From a virus, in the IMG/VR virus record IMGVR_UViG_3300014627_000002, positions 1 through 64,000 of that record: a stretch of 64,000 bases of DNA, one strand, 5' to 3'. Numbering within the stretch: position 1 is the first letter of the stretch; each line of letters opens with the position of its first letter. A program made the translations under genes and the position numbers. Under the pieces are notes generated by a model, which was not told the origin of the DNA, searched no databases, and saw nothing but the letters and a program-made list of their open reading frames with translations. Shown here in pieces: positions 1 through 9,338 of the stretch.

Positions 1-648
1 AATCATGATGCGCTTATATTACCTCCTACCAATATCCCTACCAATAATCCGACATATTATCAGGGCGCTGATAAACGTGTACTCACTGTCTGTCTTGCAC
101 CTTCAGATGGCCTTACATGCGCTGTATTAGGGGATTGCCAATCAAGTGAAACTATTCCTACAAATGTGCCTGATGTTATAGCTGATCGTTATACCCACTA
201 TTATCTATCATGGATTCAAGAAGAAAACGGCGTACAAACAACAGTAACAGCTAAAAAATACTGGACCATTAATGAACGTGCGTTAAGAGGGCTGTTTAAT
301 TCAATCATTGCAATGGGGGGATTGTCTAAACTCGGTGAAAGTAAGAATGGTGAAACACCCGAATACTCACTCTTTACTATGGTAGATGGTCAGTATATTC
401 AAGGTTTTGATAACACCAATACTTTTGAAAGTTTTTATGGATGCATTAAACCCGGGAACTTTAGACCGATGAGTATTAACTTTATTCCAACACCACTTGA
501 TAAAATTACAGAGCTATCGGGTAGCGAGCCTTATGTAGACTACTATCAGCATATTAACAGCTCGAAGAAAATTAAAACTTGTGGTTATCAACCAGTAGTC
601 CACATAGTTGATAATGGAATGGACTATTCTCGCTATCCAGATATTTAA
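1..648 (+). CDS. 3-prime part of a larger virion gene (probable tail fibre / receptor-binding protein); 5-prime end lies outside the window
   Basis: Frame 1 is open from base 1 (NHDALILPPTNIPTNNPTYYQG...) and runs into the listed 166..648 ORF. It ends before a hairpin plus T-tract and lies next to baseplate genes. Confidence 0.5.
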   Translation, partial: NHDALILPPTNIPTNNPTYYQGADKRVLTVCLAPSDGLTCAVLGDCQSSETIPTNVPDVIADRYTHYYLSWIQEENGVQTTVTAKKYWTINERALRGLFNSIIAMGGLSKLGESKNGETPEYSLFTMVDGQYIQGFDNTNTFESFYGCIKPGNFRPMSINFIPTPLDKITELSGSEPYVDYYQHINSSKKIKTCGYQPVVHIVDNGMDYSRYPDI

Positions 649-671
649 TCTGACATGAAGTAGAGATAGAG

Positions 672-697
672 AAACCCGCAGAACAGCGGGTTTTTTG
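672..697 (+). terminator. rho-independent terminator
   Basis: ACCCGC-agaaca-GCGGGT stem-loop followed by TTTTTT. Confidence 0.75.
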
Positions 698-702
698 TTT
701 CA

Positions 703-747
703 GGAATAAGAAAAAAAGTGAAGATCAATAATATTTAAGAATAACTT
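703..747 (+). promoter_or_regulatory. late-operon box (copy 1)
   Basis: GGAATAAGAAAAAAAG at 703. A -10-like AAGAATAA begins exactly 34 nt later. The next ATG is 70 nt from the box start. Confidence 0.5.
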
Positions 748-772
748 TATTCAATTCTCTTGAGTCACTGTT

Positions 773-1309
773 ATGCCACACGAAACTACTATTTTAGAAA
801 ATGAAGTCGGTATTCAATACCAGGGCGTTAAAAATTCGAGCAGTACCCCTAGACAGACTTCAATTGGCGGCTTGATCGTTGGTAAATTCAAACGTGGGCG
901 CTTAGATCGGCCCATGACCATTACTAATGAAAATATCCGTGGTGAACTTGGTCATGACCCTGAAAACCCGCATTACATCGCTGTTCAGGATGCTTTAGCA
1001 TCTGGTGTACCAAGCGTACAAGTACTACGAATATTTGAACCAGTTAATGCACGCTTTTGCGTTAATATCGAGTACTACCGATATGGTTATGACATCCAGG
1101 CTCTTAATAAAAGAGCCGTTTTTGATAGTCTACAAGTTAAAGTCGGCGGCGTAGATTATCCGGTGTATAAAAATTCAATGGATGGTGGCCCGGGAGTTTA
1201 TGCTTCATTAAATGATGGTGGGGTATTAAGCTTATTTGTCAATGTTGAAGGCAGTCCCATCATTATCTGTGCTGCTGAAGAATTTGAAGTCTTAATTAGA
1301 CCTACCTGA
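773..1309 (+). CDS. virion protein with tail-sheath-like N-terminal module (short paralogue A)
   Basis: The first ~90 aa are roughly half identical by eye to ORF 27750..28736 (LENE.GIQ..GV, GL.(I/V)G.FKRGR.D.PMTIT, RG.LGHDP.NP, SGVPS..VLRI). The pattern resembles sheath N-termini. The C-terminus is unrelated. Confidence 0.4.
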   Translation: MPHETTILENEVGIQYQGVKNSSSTPRQTSIGGLIVGKFKRGRLDRPMTITNENIRGELGHDPENPHYIAVQDALASGVPSVQVLRIFEPVNARFCVNIEYYRYGYDIQALNKRAVFDSLQVKVGGVDYPVYKNSMDGGPGVYASLNDGGVLSLFVNVEGSPIIICAAEEFEVLIRPT

Positions 1310-1329
1310 TAATCAGCAGGCTTTAGTTT

Positions 1330-1374
1330 GGAATAACAAAAAAACCTAAATTACAGATAACGCAAAATAGAGCC
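1330..1374 (+). promoter_or_regulatory. late-operon box (copy 2)
   Basis: GGAATAACAAAAAAAC at 1330; AAAATAGAGCC begins at +34 (1364); ATG at 1397. Confidence 0.6.
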
Positions 1375-1396
1375 ATATCTTAAAAGAGTTTGAGCT

Positions 1397-1933
1397 ATGG
1401 CTAAAAAGTTTGTACTTGCTGAATTGTCAGATCAGCATGAGTTTCTTCTTAAAATCAAAGAAATCCTTTCCAAAGCAACACAGCAGATGGTTGCTTTTAT
1501 CGCCGTGGACAAAATGACAAAGAAATCTGGCGTTGCAGTCAAAACGACACATTTTACGTTTGAAGAAGGCCAAGTACTTAGTCTGGTTTTCCGTACCGAC
1601 GGCGATGTAATTCAAACCCGGCTTAATAACACCGTTATTCCACTTTCAAAAGTCATGGATTACGACAAAATGAGTGACTTTAATGCCGGGCTTGAGGATC
1701 TGGCACTCAAGCTCAAGGGAAATCAGGAAAAGTTCAATATTAAGCGCCAGTCGGCCCGCGTCATCATTCCACGGGCTAAAACGCCGTCACTTACAGTTAA
1801 AAAGCGTATTGAACTGACACGCCAGGCATTAGATGAAGCGGCGCAAATCATTGAGAAAAAGAAAGCCCTAATCTCTCAAAAAACTCAGGATCTTCAAGTT
1901 TTAAAGCAGAATGATATGGCAGGTGCGGCATGA
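1397..1933 (+). CDS. hypothetical late protein
   Basis: 178-aa ORF directly behind a late box, with a coiled-coil-like C-terminus. No motif recognised. Confidence 0.6.
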   Translation: MAKKFVLAELSDQHEFLLKIKEILSKATQQMVAFIAVDKMTKKSGVAVKTTHFTFEEGQVLSLVFRTDGDVIQTRLNNTVIPLSKVMDYDKMSDFNAGLEDLALKLKGNQEKFNIKRQSARVIIPRAKTPSLTVKKRIELTRQALDEAAQIIEKKKALISQKTQDLQVLKQNDMAGAA

Positions 1934-2295
1934 AAGTTGATCTAACCTTACTTTATTTATTTATCACTGGAATGGGTGTAATTAATTACGGGCTTTGTCG
2001 ATGGAAATTAGGCCGTGGACTGGCAAAGTATTTTCATAATTTCAGACGTAGCCCGCAATTAAATAATTTTTTTCAGAAAAATGGCTATGAATATATTGTT
2101 GCTCAGGTATGGGCAATTATGGGCATAGTCATCGTTGTATTTAGCGCATTCCGGCTACTTTTCTTACTCGATCTACTAGGTGTGGATACTGGATGTATCT
2201 TGGGCGCTCTCAGCATCCTCTACGCAAAAGATATGCTGTTATGTGCTACAGCGGATTTTGTATTCAAGCGTACTCATAATGAGGTCCCCGGATGA
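1930..2295 (+). CDS. hypothetical membrane protein
   Basis: ATGA overlap with the upstream gene; several hydrophobic segments (LLYLFITGMGVINYGL, VWAIMGIVIVVFSAFRLLFLL). Confidence 0.55.
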   Translation: MKVDLTLLYLFITGMGVINYGLCRWKLGRGLAKYFHNFRRSPQLNNFFQKNGYEYIVAQVWAIMGIVIVVFSAFRLLFLLDLLGVDTGCILGALSILYAKDMLLCATADFVFKRTHNEVPG

Positions 2296-2615
2296 ATTAT
2301 GTGTTTAGCAGCGAAATAATTAAGCGGATTATTGAGCACTGGCTGGCTACCCCGCCAAACGGCTATTTAGGGTACCGCTATGGTCGTAATCTTGCCGAAT
2401 TGCTGTTTCACCCGATGAATGAAGACCGGGCAGATATTCTATTGTCCTGGATAAAGAAGGATATACCTATTTTTCGTAATGCTACTGACGGCGAGCTAAG
2501 TGTCGTGAGTGAAGCAATCGGTATTGACCAAAAACGTTATTACATTCAGTTCGGTGAAATTCAAGTACTGATACCAGACAATCAGGGGGCACAAAAAAAT
2601 GCCGAGTCTTTCTAA
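2292..2615 (+). CDS. baseplate wedge protein, gp25/GpW-like
   Basis: 107 aa and coupled to the J-like gene. HWLATPPNGYLGYRYGRNLAELLFHPMNE resembles the GPW_gp25 core (T..GeR...p.fG..l..llf.p). Confidence 0.5.
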   Translation: MNYVFSSEIIKRIIEHWLATPPNGYLGYRYGRNLAELLFHPMNEDRADILLSWIKKDIPIFRNATDGELSVVSEAIGIDQKRYYIQFGEIQVLIPDNQGAQKNAESF

Positions 2616-4059
2616 ACTTAAAGATATGACGCTCACCACATTACAAAACTATCCGGATATAGCAGCCCGTTATGCAGCTGGGGACCCGACCATTGTTGCG
2701 CCGTTACATGCGATGCAGCACATGCTGGCAGAATTAAGTCGTGAAGTGGATATTTCAGAAATTGAACCATTCGTAAAAAGTCGTGAAGCAACTATTCTGG
2801 CCGATGCAAGTAATAAGGGGATTTTGCCACGTGCTACTCCAACACAGCACTATATTCAAATAGCGAATAAAGGGACTCAGAACGTTGTCTTGCAAAATAA
2901 CCGTGTTATTGAAGATGGCCAGGGGCGGCCGTGGCGTTTGCTTCAGCATGCTGATATACCGGCAGGCGCAGTAGATGTGCAAGTACTGGCTGAACAATCA
3001 GAGATCAGAACAATCAGTTATACGGCTACAGTTTCAGAGCCATTTCATCAATTTCGTTTACCACTTCAAGATGACCTGTTTCTTCACAAATTAAGCGTAA
3101 AAGATCAGGATGATAACCTCTATCAATTTGTTACGCGGTGGATGAATACGGCAGCTGGCCAGCAAGCGATTGTCCTTAAAACCAATACTATGCGCGAAAT
3201 TATATTGGAATTTGGGGACACTGAACGTCTTGGCCGGACCCTGGAAGCAAATACAACACTTAGCATTGATGTGATTGAAACATACGGTGAACTCGATACA
3301 ACCCAGCTCAGAGAAGCCAGCCTGCAGCGGATAAATCTAGCCCATGAAGGTAAGCTGAGCATTAAGTTTAAAAGTGGTGGATTGGTCCGTGCGGGGGCAG
3401 ATCCGCTTAGTATTGATCAGCTTAACTTGCTCGCATCGTATCCGACCCATGATGATAACGCCGTTTTCTTAGGAAACTTTGATGCACTGGTGCGTAAGCA
3501 TTTTATGGCCAGAACTAGCTTTTCTAATGTCTGGAATGAAACGATTCATGAGAAGTATTTTGGTCCGAATATAAAAAACATTAATCACTTATTTGTATGT
3601 GTTCAGCCGAACTATGCAAATGAACTGACTATGATACAAGAAGATATACGGCAGCTAATTAGCTTGGCGGACAACCTCTATAGTGATGACAAAATTGTTT
3701 TTATGCCGATGGTAGAGCGCCCATTCAAGATATTAATTGAAGGTACTTTATCGTCTATTCATGACAAGGAAGCGGTACAAGAGCAGATCAGGACCTTACT
3801 GTTAAGTACCTATGGACTTGGAAAACTGGCCACCAGTTACCATAGCCCCAATGGATTTAATATACAGGCACTTAGCAAGCTGATTACCCGCAATATTGTC
3901 GCCTTTCAGGACCGCCAGAGTGATTTTAAAATCTATGGTGAGGATCTGGCTGCTAATCCGGTCAAGCCCAATGAATGCCTGTTCATGGATAAAGACAGTA
4001 TAACTTTTAAAATTGAGCGCTCTAGTGAAACGGGGGGTAATCTATGGACCGTTCTTTAG
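2599..4059 (+). CDS. baseplate J-like protein
   Basis: 486 aa, placed between the gp25-like and I-like genes. The segment SREATILADASNKGILPRATPTQHYIQIANKG...IPAGAVDVQVLAEQSE fits the J-family pattern. Confidence 0.6.
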   Translation: MPSLSKLKDMTLTTLQNYPDIAARYAAGDPTIVAPLHAMQHMLAELSREVDISEIEPFVKSREATILADASNKGILPRATPTQHYIQIANKGTQNVVLQNNRVIEDGQGRPWRLLQHADIPAGAVDVQVLAEQSEIRTISYTATVSEPFHQFRLPLQDDLFLHKLSVKDQDDNLYQFVTRWMNTAAGQQAIVLKTNTMREIILEFGDTERLGRTLEANTTLSIDVIETYGELDTTQLREASLQRINLAHEGKLSIKFKSGGLVRAGADPLSIDQLNLLASYPTHDDNAVFLGNFDALVRKHFMARTSFSNVWNETIHEKYFGPNIKNINHLFVCVQPNYANELTMIQEDIRQLISLADNLYSDDKIVFMPMVERPFKILIEGTLSSIHDKEAVQEQIRTLLLSTYGLGKLATSYHSPNGFNIQALSKLITRNIVAFQDRQSDFKIYGEDLAANPVKPNECLFMDKDSITFKIERSSETGGNLWTVL

Positions 4060-4667
4060 ACTTACTCTCCCATTATAAAAATTCTTTTACCTACGATGAG
4101 GATAGCCGTCAGTTACAAAGTATTTTTGTTGACTTATTTGACCAGATTTTCGGTGAGCAAATGAGTGATCTTCACTACTATGGCATGCCACATTTAGGCA
4201 GTCCTAAAGTGGTAGAACGCTTTACAAAACAGGATGGTTTAGTGGTTTTACGCCGTCCTACGTCTAGTGATCTTATCATGCGTATTATTTACGCGAACTG
4301 GAAGTCTTTAGCATCAAAACGGGGGTTAGGGTTTTTAGAGTTTGTATTGCAAATGCTGATCGGTGATCAGTGGGAAATACACCGGCTTTATCACAGTATA
4401 GAGCGTGCTGATGTTTATCCCAAATTGGCTATGCCTTACCAGACAGCTAACTCATTCTTAACATCAAGGATTATGATTGATCTTGATCAAGATGTAGATA
4501 TTGAAGAAATCCTTGAGTTTGCGCCTATTTTATTCCGCTTGGTGCCAGCTAATATTGTGCCGACTTTATCTTCAAATGTTGGAATTGAAGACATGGAGCC
4601 ACTTCATATCGGAATTGGCTGTATTCCTTATATGACTGCTAACTTTGCTAGTTTTAGTGATAATTAA
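4044..4667 (+). CDS. tail/baseplate protein (P2 GpI-like by position)
   Basis: 207 aa; overlaps the J-like gene by 16 nt, matching the usual J-I order. No strong motif. Confidence 0.4.
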   Translation: MDRSLDLLSHYKNSFTYDEDSRQLQSIFVDLFDQIFGEQMSDLHYYGMPHLGSPKVVERFTKQDGLVVLRRPTSSDLIMRIIYANWKSLASKRGLGFLEFVLQMLIGDQWEIHRLYHSIERADVYPKLAMPYQTANSFLTSRIMIDLDQDVDIEEILEFAPILFRLVPANIVPTLSSNVGIEDMEPLHIGIGCIPYMTANFASFSDN

Positions 4668-4688
4668 AACTAATGGCTGACGTTATAT

Positions 4689-4696
4689 AAAATTAT
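4689..4696. repeat. target-site duplication (left copy) of IS insertion
   Basis: AAAATTAT immediately outside the left inverted repeat; identical to 6680..6687. Confidence 0.85.
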
Positions 4697-4749
4697 GGCT
4701 CTACGGAATATGATGTGTAAATCTACTCCCTAGAGCATGGTTAAATTTC

Positions 4750-6108
4750 TTAACTTTGTGTGGAATTTAATTCCCCTTTAAGTAACTTATCAAAGCAAGA
4801 ACTACAGTAGCCAAGTCCTATACCAGATACCCCGCCTACAGGCTTGGCTGAACAAATCCGACATACATGAGATTGCTCTATTACTGCAATCAACTCTTCC
4901 TCAGACAAGAAACCTGAAGGTTTAATAATGCTACCAATAATTTGCCTATGGTTATCCTTGAACAATAGTTTGGCTCTTAACATTTCAAAGCTATAACCAC
5001 GACCTTGCCTATTAATAACCTTAGCCACACCGTTCATGGCTTCTGTATAACCATTTGTTAGCGGCTTGTCGAAGTATGCAAGTATTTCCTCTCGCCAGTT
5101 CTTAACTGCTGTTACTAATGGTTTAAAGTCTTTGGCTGTTTTTTTCATCTCTGGCGGGATGATGTCTAGCCATTCATTAAGCACTTGCTCTGCATCTGCC
5201 CGATTGTCTTGGTCGTAGATACAGTAGAACAGCTCTTTAAGATTGTGTGCTATTGCTACGTGTGGTTCGTTTGCAAGCCACATATCAGTGTTATACAGAC
5301 CATGTTCATCTAGGTCTTTGTAACGCATACGAAGCAGTGATTTACGACGCATCCAGTCCTTGCCAATCGCTTTCGTACGATCTTTTGATAATTGAATACG
5401 CACACCATCCATAGCTTGGTTTGCCATGCGGACAACGTGGAACTTATCAACAATGATCGGTGTATTTGGAAATACAGCTCGAATAGCATCTTTGTAGGGC
5501 TTCCACATATCCATGACAAAGCCTTCAATATGTGCATTCCTGTTGCGTTGCAGCCAGTTGGAAACAGCAGCCTTATCGCGTGTATCAAACATGTCGATAT
5601 ATCTACGTTGTTCAACATTCACAACTACAAAGCGTTGCTTGCCATCAATCATGGTTTCGTCAATGCCGATCCAGCCACTTAAATCAGGCTCATACGCTTC
5701 ATTTAGGCGATTAACGTACTCATTTGCTATGGAACGTATGGTCTTATCATCACAACCTATACGCTTTGCAATGTTTACAAAGGTATCGGTAAAGCATTCA
5801 TTTTGAATAATCTCAACGCAACGCTCTGTCATGCGTGTATTTGGCTCAATACCATCAATAGGCTGAATGAACGTACCACCGCAATCTCTGCAACGGTATC
5901 GCTTCAATACAGCCTGAACAATGACAGGTGAGCCACGCACTGGACCATCACGATAAGCCACGGTCTTTGGACCGTGCTTGTAGAAGTGTTCAGAACCACA
6001 TTTTAAACAGCAATCAGGCTGTACCAAGTATTCAGCTTTGATAATTAACTCTTTACCATGCTCAACACTTAATACAGCCCAATTTGAAAGAGCTAGGATG
6101 TCAGTCAT
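4750..6108 (-). CDS. ISL3-family DDE transposase
   Basis: N-terminal zinc-finger (CLKCGS...CRDCGGTF). WIGIDETMIDGKQRFVVVNVEQRRYIDMFDTRDKAAVSNWL resembles the DDE_Tnp_ISL3 core. The gene lies inside the IR-bounded element. Confidence 0.85.
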   Translation of the reverse strand: MTDILALSNWAVLSVEHGKELIIKAEYLVQPDCCLKCGSEHFYKHGPKTVAYRDGPVRGSPVIVQAVLKRYRCRDCGGTFIQPIDGIEPNTRMTERCVEIIQNECFTDTFVNIAKRIGCDDKTIRSIANEYVNRLNEAYEPDLSGWIGIDETMIDGKQRFVVVNVEQRRYIDMFDTRDKAAVSNWLQRNRNAHIEGFVMDMWKPYKDAIRAVFPNTPIIVDKFHVVRMANQAMDGVRIQLSKDRTKAIGKDWMRRKSLLRMRYKDLDEHGLYNTDMWLANEPHVAIAHNLKELFYCIYDQDNRADAEQVLNEWLDIIPPEMKKTAKDFKPLVTAVKNWREEILAYFDKPLTNGYTEAMNGVAKVINRQGRGYSFEMLRAKLLFKDNHRQIIGSIIKPSGFLSEEELIAVIEQSHVCRICSAKPVGGVSGIGLGYCSSCFDKLLKGELNSTQS

Positions 6109-6112
6109 TAAA

Positions 6113-6601
6113 TCAGCCTTGAGCCTCTAATATTGCTGACTTAGCCTCATCCTCTGTATTAAATAGTTTAAATTTCCAAGCTGTACCATATGATGTTTCA
6201 ATAACACCCCAAGCACCATAAAGCTTTTCAGTAGAAATATGAGCGCTGGTATGCTTGTTCACAATCATGATTTCATCATGATCTATGCAATCACCGAGAG
6301 CATCCAGATCATCGCAGGAATTGCAGAAGTTCTCAGGCTCGTTATCATCCTGATAGAAAGAATTAATATTTTCAGAGTTTACTAAAACAAAACCTTCTAA
6401 TTGGTTTTGAGCGTGATCACGACGACCGCAAAGCTCACCAAACTTAATCGCCTTTGTAATGAGTTCTTCTAGCTCATCTTCTTGTTCAGGATTCATGTAA
6501 TGGTTTTCTGAAATAAGAGATTTAAGGTTTTCAATCTCATGATCAAAAAATTCTATTTGATCATTAATTTCGTTATTTGATGTTTGTACAAATGTATTCA
6601 T
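6113..6601 (-). CDS. acidic passenger protein of the IS, N-terminal domain homologous to phage ORF 41793..42275
   Basis: HEIENLKSLISENHYMNPEQEDELEELITKAIKFGELC aligns with SEIDSLKAAFEAAHYLTNTEVEELEEIIDKAIKLGELY. The ORF is co-directional with, and 4 nt upstream of, the transposase. Confidence 0.6.
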   Translation of the reverse strand: MNTFVQTSNNEINDQIEFFDHEIENLKSLISENHYMNPEQEDELEELITKAIKFGELCGRRDHAQNQLEGFVLVNSENINSFYQDDNEPENFCNSCDDLDALGDCIDHDEIMIVNKHTSAHISTEKLYGAWGVIETSYGTAWKFKLFNTEDEAKSAILEAQG

Positions 6602-6679
6602 TATTAATTATTCCACACGTTATTCCGAAATAAGAATATAACACACCTTAATTAATTACACACGTTTTTCCGTAGAGCC

Positions 6680-6687
6680 AAAATTAT
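6680..6687. repeat. target-site duplication (right copy)
   Basis: AAAATTAT immediately outside the right inverted repeat. Confidence 0.85.
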
Positions 6688-6694
6688 AAAGTCA

Positions 6695-6739
6695 GGAATA
6701 TCAAAAAAAGCTCATTTCTAACTTTGTAAAAATATGGCT
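6695..6739 (+). promoter_or_regulatory. late-operon box (copy 3)
   Basis: GGAATATCAAAAAAAG at 6695; AAAATATGGCT at +34. The inverted repeat ATGGCTATA (6734-6742) / TATAGCCAT (6755-6763) includes the ATG at 6762. Confidence 0.6.
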
Positions 6740-6761
6740 ATACCCTTAGTGAGTTATAGCC

Positions 6762-7382
6762 ATGCTTCAAAATTTTATGCCCACACTACGCGATTACGTG
6801 AATGATGAAATCGCTATGCGCAGTTTGGGAGCTGCAATGTTGCAGTCAAATGCCATGATGGTTCCTGAATGTGCTCCCGAACTTGCTTTATTGATTACCA
6901 ATTTTCAGCGTCCCGTTATCACATTCAATGAATCTGCTGATTTCAATGTTGCTGGCGGTGCACAGTTCCATGTACCAGGTGCACCGAAAAACCGCTATGA
7001 AGGTCCGATTCAGATGATTGAAACGGATTTCGGACAGGTGACAGCACTTTCCGAGCTGTTAATGACGATGGGGTCTACAAACTGCATTATTTATGATGGG
7101 CGTCCTGATCGGTACACACAGGCTTATGAGTTGCGTAATTGTAGCTTTACATTTGAACCGCTGGATATTGATGGGGAGGGTGTAAGTAGCATTGTTCGCG
7201 CTTCTGCAACCATGAAATATAACTATACCGGTATTAATGCAGAGCTTGGGTCAGTTGATACTCTTGGCCGTATTATTGGTGCAGATCAGGGTACTAAAGC
7301 GTTATTTGAAAAGGCAAAACAATATCTTGACCTAATTTATGCGGGTAACACCATTATGAATGCAATTAAGGATCTTTATTAA
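6762..7382 (+). CDS. virion structural protein (tail tube or baseplate component, unassigned)
   Basis: 206-aa ORF behind a late box in the tail/baseplate cluster. No diagnostic motif. Confidence 0.4.
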   Translation: MLQNFMPTLRDYVNDEIAMRSLGAAMLQSNAMMVPECAPELALLITNFQRPVITFNESADFNVAGGAQFHVPGAPKNRYEGPIQMIETDFGQVTALSELLMTMGSTNCIIYDGRPDRYTQAYELRNCSFTFEPLDIDGEGVSSIVRASATMKYNYTGINAELGSVDTLGRIIGADQGTKALFEKAKQYLDLIYAGNTIMNAIKDLY

Positions 7383-7825
7383 TGACGGTTTTAAAACCAG
7401 TTCTTAATGGCATTTATCAAAGCAGTGAAGCGGCCAGTATCGCTTCACTGGCTGATGCCTTATTTGCCGAATATGGCCTGCTGGGTTATTCATTGGTCCC
7501 TGAAGATATTTGTACGGCGCTTATCAATGACATGCGATTTTATGCAGGTTGGGAAGCGACTGAGCAACAGGATTTAGGCAAAACAATTAAATTAGATGAA
7601 AACTATCCTGTCGCACTTCATGAATGGGCAGTACTTGAACCGGTCATACGTGCGCACTGTGATTTTATTCACGCTCAACGTATGGAATCTGCTGGCTCAC
7701 AAGGTATGGAACGATTTGGATTGTCTGCCAGTGAAGCAAGCCAAAGTTATCAAAACGCAAAGCTGGAAATGAAAAAAGAAGCTTTTGTTGAACAGCCATT
7801 TACTTTTGACTTTGACGTTAAATAG
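7382..7825 (+). CDS. hypothetical virion-module protein
   Basis: TAATG coupling to the upstream gene; 147 aa. Confidence 0.55.
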   Translation: MTVLKPVLNGIYQSSEAASIASLADALFAEYGLLGYSLVPEDICTALINDMRFYAGWEATEQQDLGKTIKLDENYPVALHEWAVLEPVIRAHCDFIHAQRMESAGSQGMERFGLSASEASQSYQNAKLEMKKEAFVEQPFTFDFDVK

Positions 7826-7832
7826 GTGATCT

Positions 7833-8729
7833 ATGCGTATTACACTGGCAAGCGGTGAAGCGATAGGACAGGACCGTTTAATCACTGGTGTTTTACGCTA
7901 TGACGGTACACCAGTGGTGGCCAGTTTAGAGTTTCAGTGCATTCTAAACGCTGAGTATGACCAAGCCTTGCAAGAAGGAAGTACTCTATTTATTGGTGAT
8001 CAGTATGTAGAGTTCGTGATTATCAAGCGGGCAGGGGTCAATTCTCAATTCATTAAGGATGGCCAGCCGCTAAGTGTGGGTGCCTATATCGCTATATTGA
8101 GTGGTTGTGAAAAATTAATTGTACCTGCTGCTAAAGCAATCATGCTCAAGGATTCGAGTATTGGCTCAGCATTGCGGGCCAGTGGCAATAAGATCAAGGT
8201 GATTGAAGACGTTCCAATTATTAAATATTTTTGTGCGGTTGGAGCTACACCGACTTATGAAATCGCCCGAAAAATGCAAGAAGAAGCGGCTATTCCCTTT
8301 TTGAACACTGAAGGAGGAATTATTATACGGCGTTTGTCTAATGTGATGGATGCAGAACCCAAGCTGCAGGTAAGTGCATCATCTGTTAATTGGGTAAATA
8401 ACACTACCGAATTAAAACATACCATTCCTAATTACTTGTCAGTCAATGCAGATGGTTCAACCATAGAAGGCGAGTTACAAGGCGGGGTTAAAACTGGCTT
8501 CTATCCCAATATGGACGCACGCAGATTAAAGAATCTTAGGACCGTTCTGGTGACACGTGGCACTATTATGCGCTCATATATGCCCAATCTGATGACAGGT
8601 AATGTAATCGCCGTAGATGGCAAGCGCTATTGCATTCTGACAGCAGCACATCGCTATGATACGGGTGTTTTGGGTGGACCTACTGTTTCAGCTTCAAAGT
8701 TATGGATTGCAGAGGTTTTTAACGCATGA
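7833..8729 (+). CDS. baseplate hub-type protein (by position upstream of spike)
   Basis: 298 aa; ATGA overlap with the spike-like gene. Hub then spike is the usual Mu/P2 order. Confidence 0.35.
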   Translation: MRITLASGEAIGQDRLITGVLRYDGTPVVASLEFQCILNAEYDQALQEGSTLFIGDQYVEFVIIKRAGVNSQFIKDGQPLSVGAYIAILSGCEKLIVPAAKAIMLKDSSIGSALRASGNKIKVIEDVPIIKYFCAVGATPTYEIARKMQEEAAIPFLNTEGGIIIRRLSNVMDAEPKLQVSASSVNWVNNTTELKHTIPNYLSVNADGSTIEGELQGGVKTGFYPNMDARRLKNLRTVLVTRGTIMRSYMPNLMTGNVIAVDGKRYCILTAAHRYDTGVLGGPTVSASKLWIAEVFNA

Positions 8730-9265
8730 ATAAAACTTTTTCAGGCGATTATGCCGCGACAATCATAAATTATGACGGTGATAGCCGAACTGCACATATT
8801 TCCATACCAGGTGTAACCGATGGGCTAGATGAAGGTATTGAAGCCACGTTTGCTTATCCAGTTGGCGATGATGACAAGGATACTGAACGCGAAATTCTAC
8901 CAGGTGCAGAATGCTATATTTTTTTCCTGCAAGGGGACCCAGCCAGCCCGGTAATTTGGGCCTATCGTTCACATGGTACCGGTGCCGTAACTGATTATCG
9001 CCGTATCCGGCAAAAGAATATTGAACTGTTGGCCAAAGCAAACATTAGTTTGAAAGCAGAAGATGAAATCGCTTTAAATGCTAAAACTGTTCGTATCGCT
9101 GCTGATACTTTAATTATAGATGCCAAGACTGAGATTTTACGCGCCTTAGACGTTATAGGCCCTTCTAACCTGCAAGGTGAAACGGAAATCGAAGGAAGGA
9201 AGTTCCTGGAACATGACCATGATAAAGTTCAGAGTGGTAATTCAAGGACGGGTAAAGTAGTTTAA
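8726..9265 (+). CDS. baseplate central spike, P2 GpV-like
   Basis: The N-terminal OB-like part is followed by IFFLQGDPASPVIWAY. The repetitive middle ends in EHDHDKVQSGNSRTG, like the HxH metal-binding apex of GpV-type spikes. Confidence 0.6.
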   Translation: MNKTFSGDYAATIINYDGDSRTAHISIPGVTDGLDEGIEATFAYPVGDDDKDTEREILPGAECYIFFLQGDPASPVIWAYRSHGTGAVTDYRRIRQKNIELLAKANISLKAEDEIALNAKTVRIAADTLIIDAKTEILRALDVIGPSNLQGETEIEGRKFLEHDHDKVQSGNSRTGKVV

Positions 9266-9310
9266 GGAATATCAAAAAAACTCATTATTTTAAAGCCGGA
9301 AAATAGAGCC
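9266..9310 (+). promoter_or_regulatory. late-operon box (copy 4)
   Basis: GGAATATCAAAAAAAC at 9266; AAAATAGAGCC at 9300 (+34). AGCCTA (9307-9312) / TAGGCT (9327-9332) plus T6 lies just before the ATG at 9339. Confidence 0.6.
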
Positions 9311-9338
9311 TAGTTATAGACATAATTAGGCTTTTTTA

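Larger units (their letters stand above)
4697..6679 (-). mobile_element. ISL3-family insertion sequence (1983 bp) carrying a transposase plus one passenger ORF
   Basis: Terminal inverted repeats are GGCTCTACGGAA...TGTGTAA (4697-) and TTACACA...TTCCGTAGAGCC (-6679). The element is flanked by 8-bp direct repeats AAAATTAT, and an 8-bp TSD is typical of ISL3. Confidence 0.85.

Noticed and set aside
5310-5806. Cluster of 60-102-aa ORFs overlapping the ISL3 transposase on both strands
   Set aside because: They are embedded in a clearly recognisable transposase reading frame and have no independent signals.
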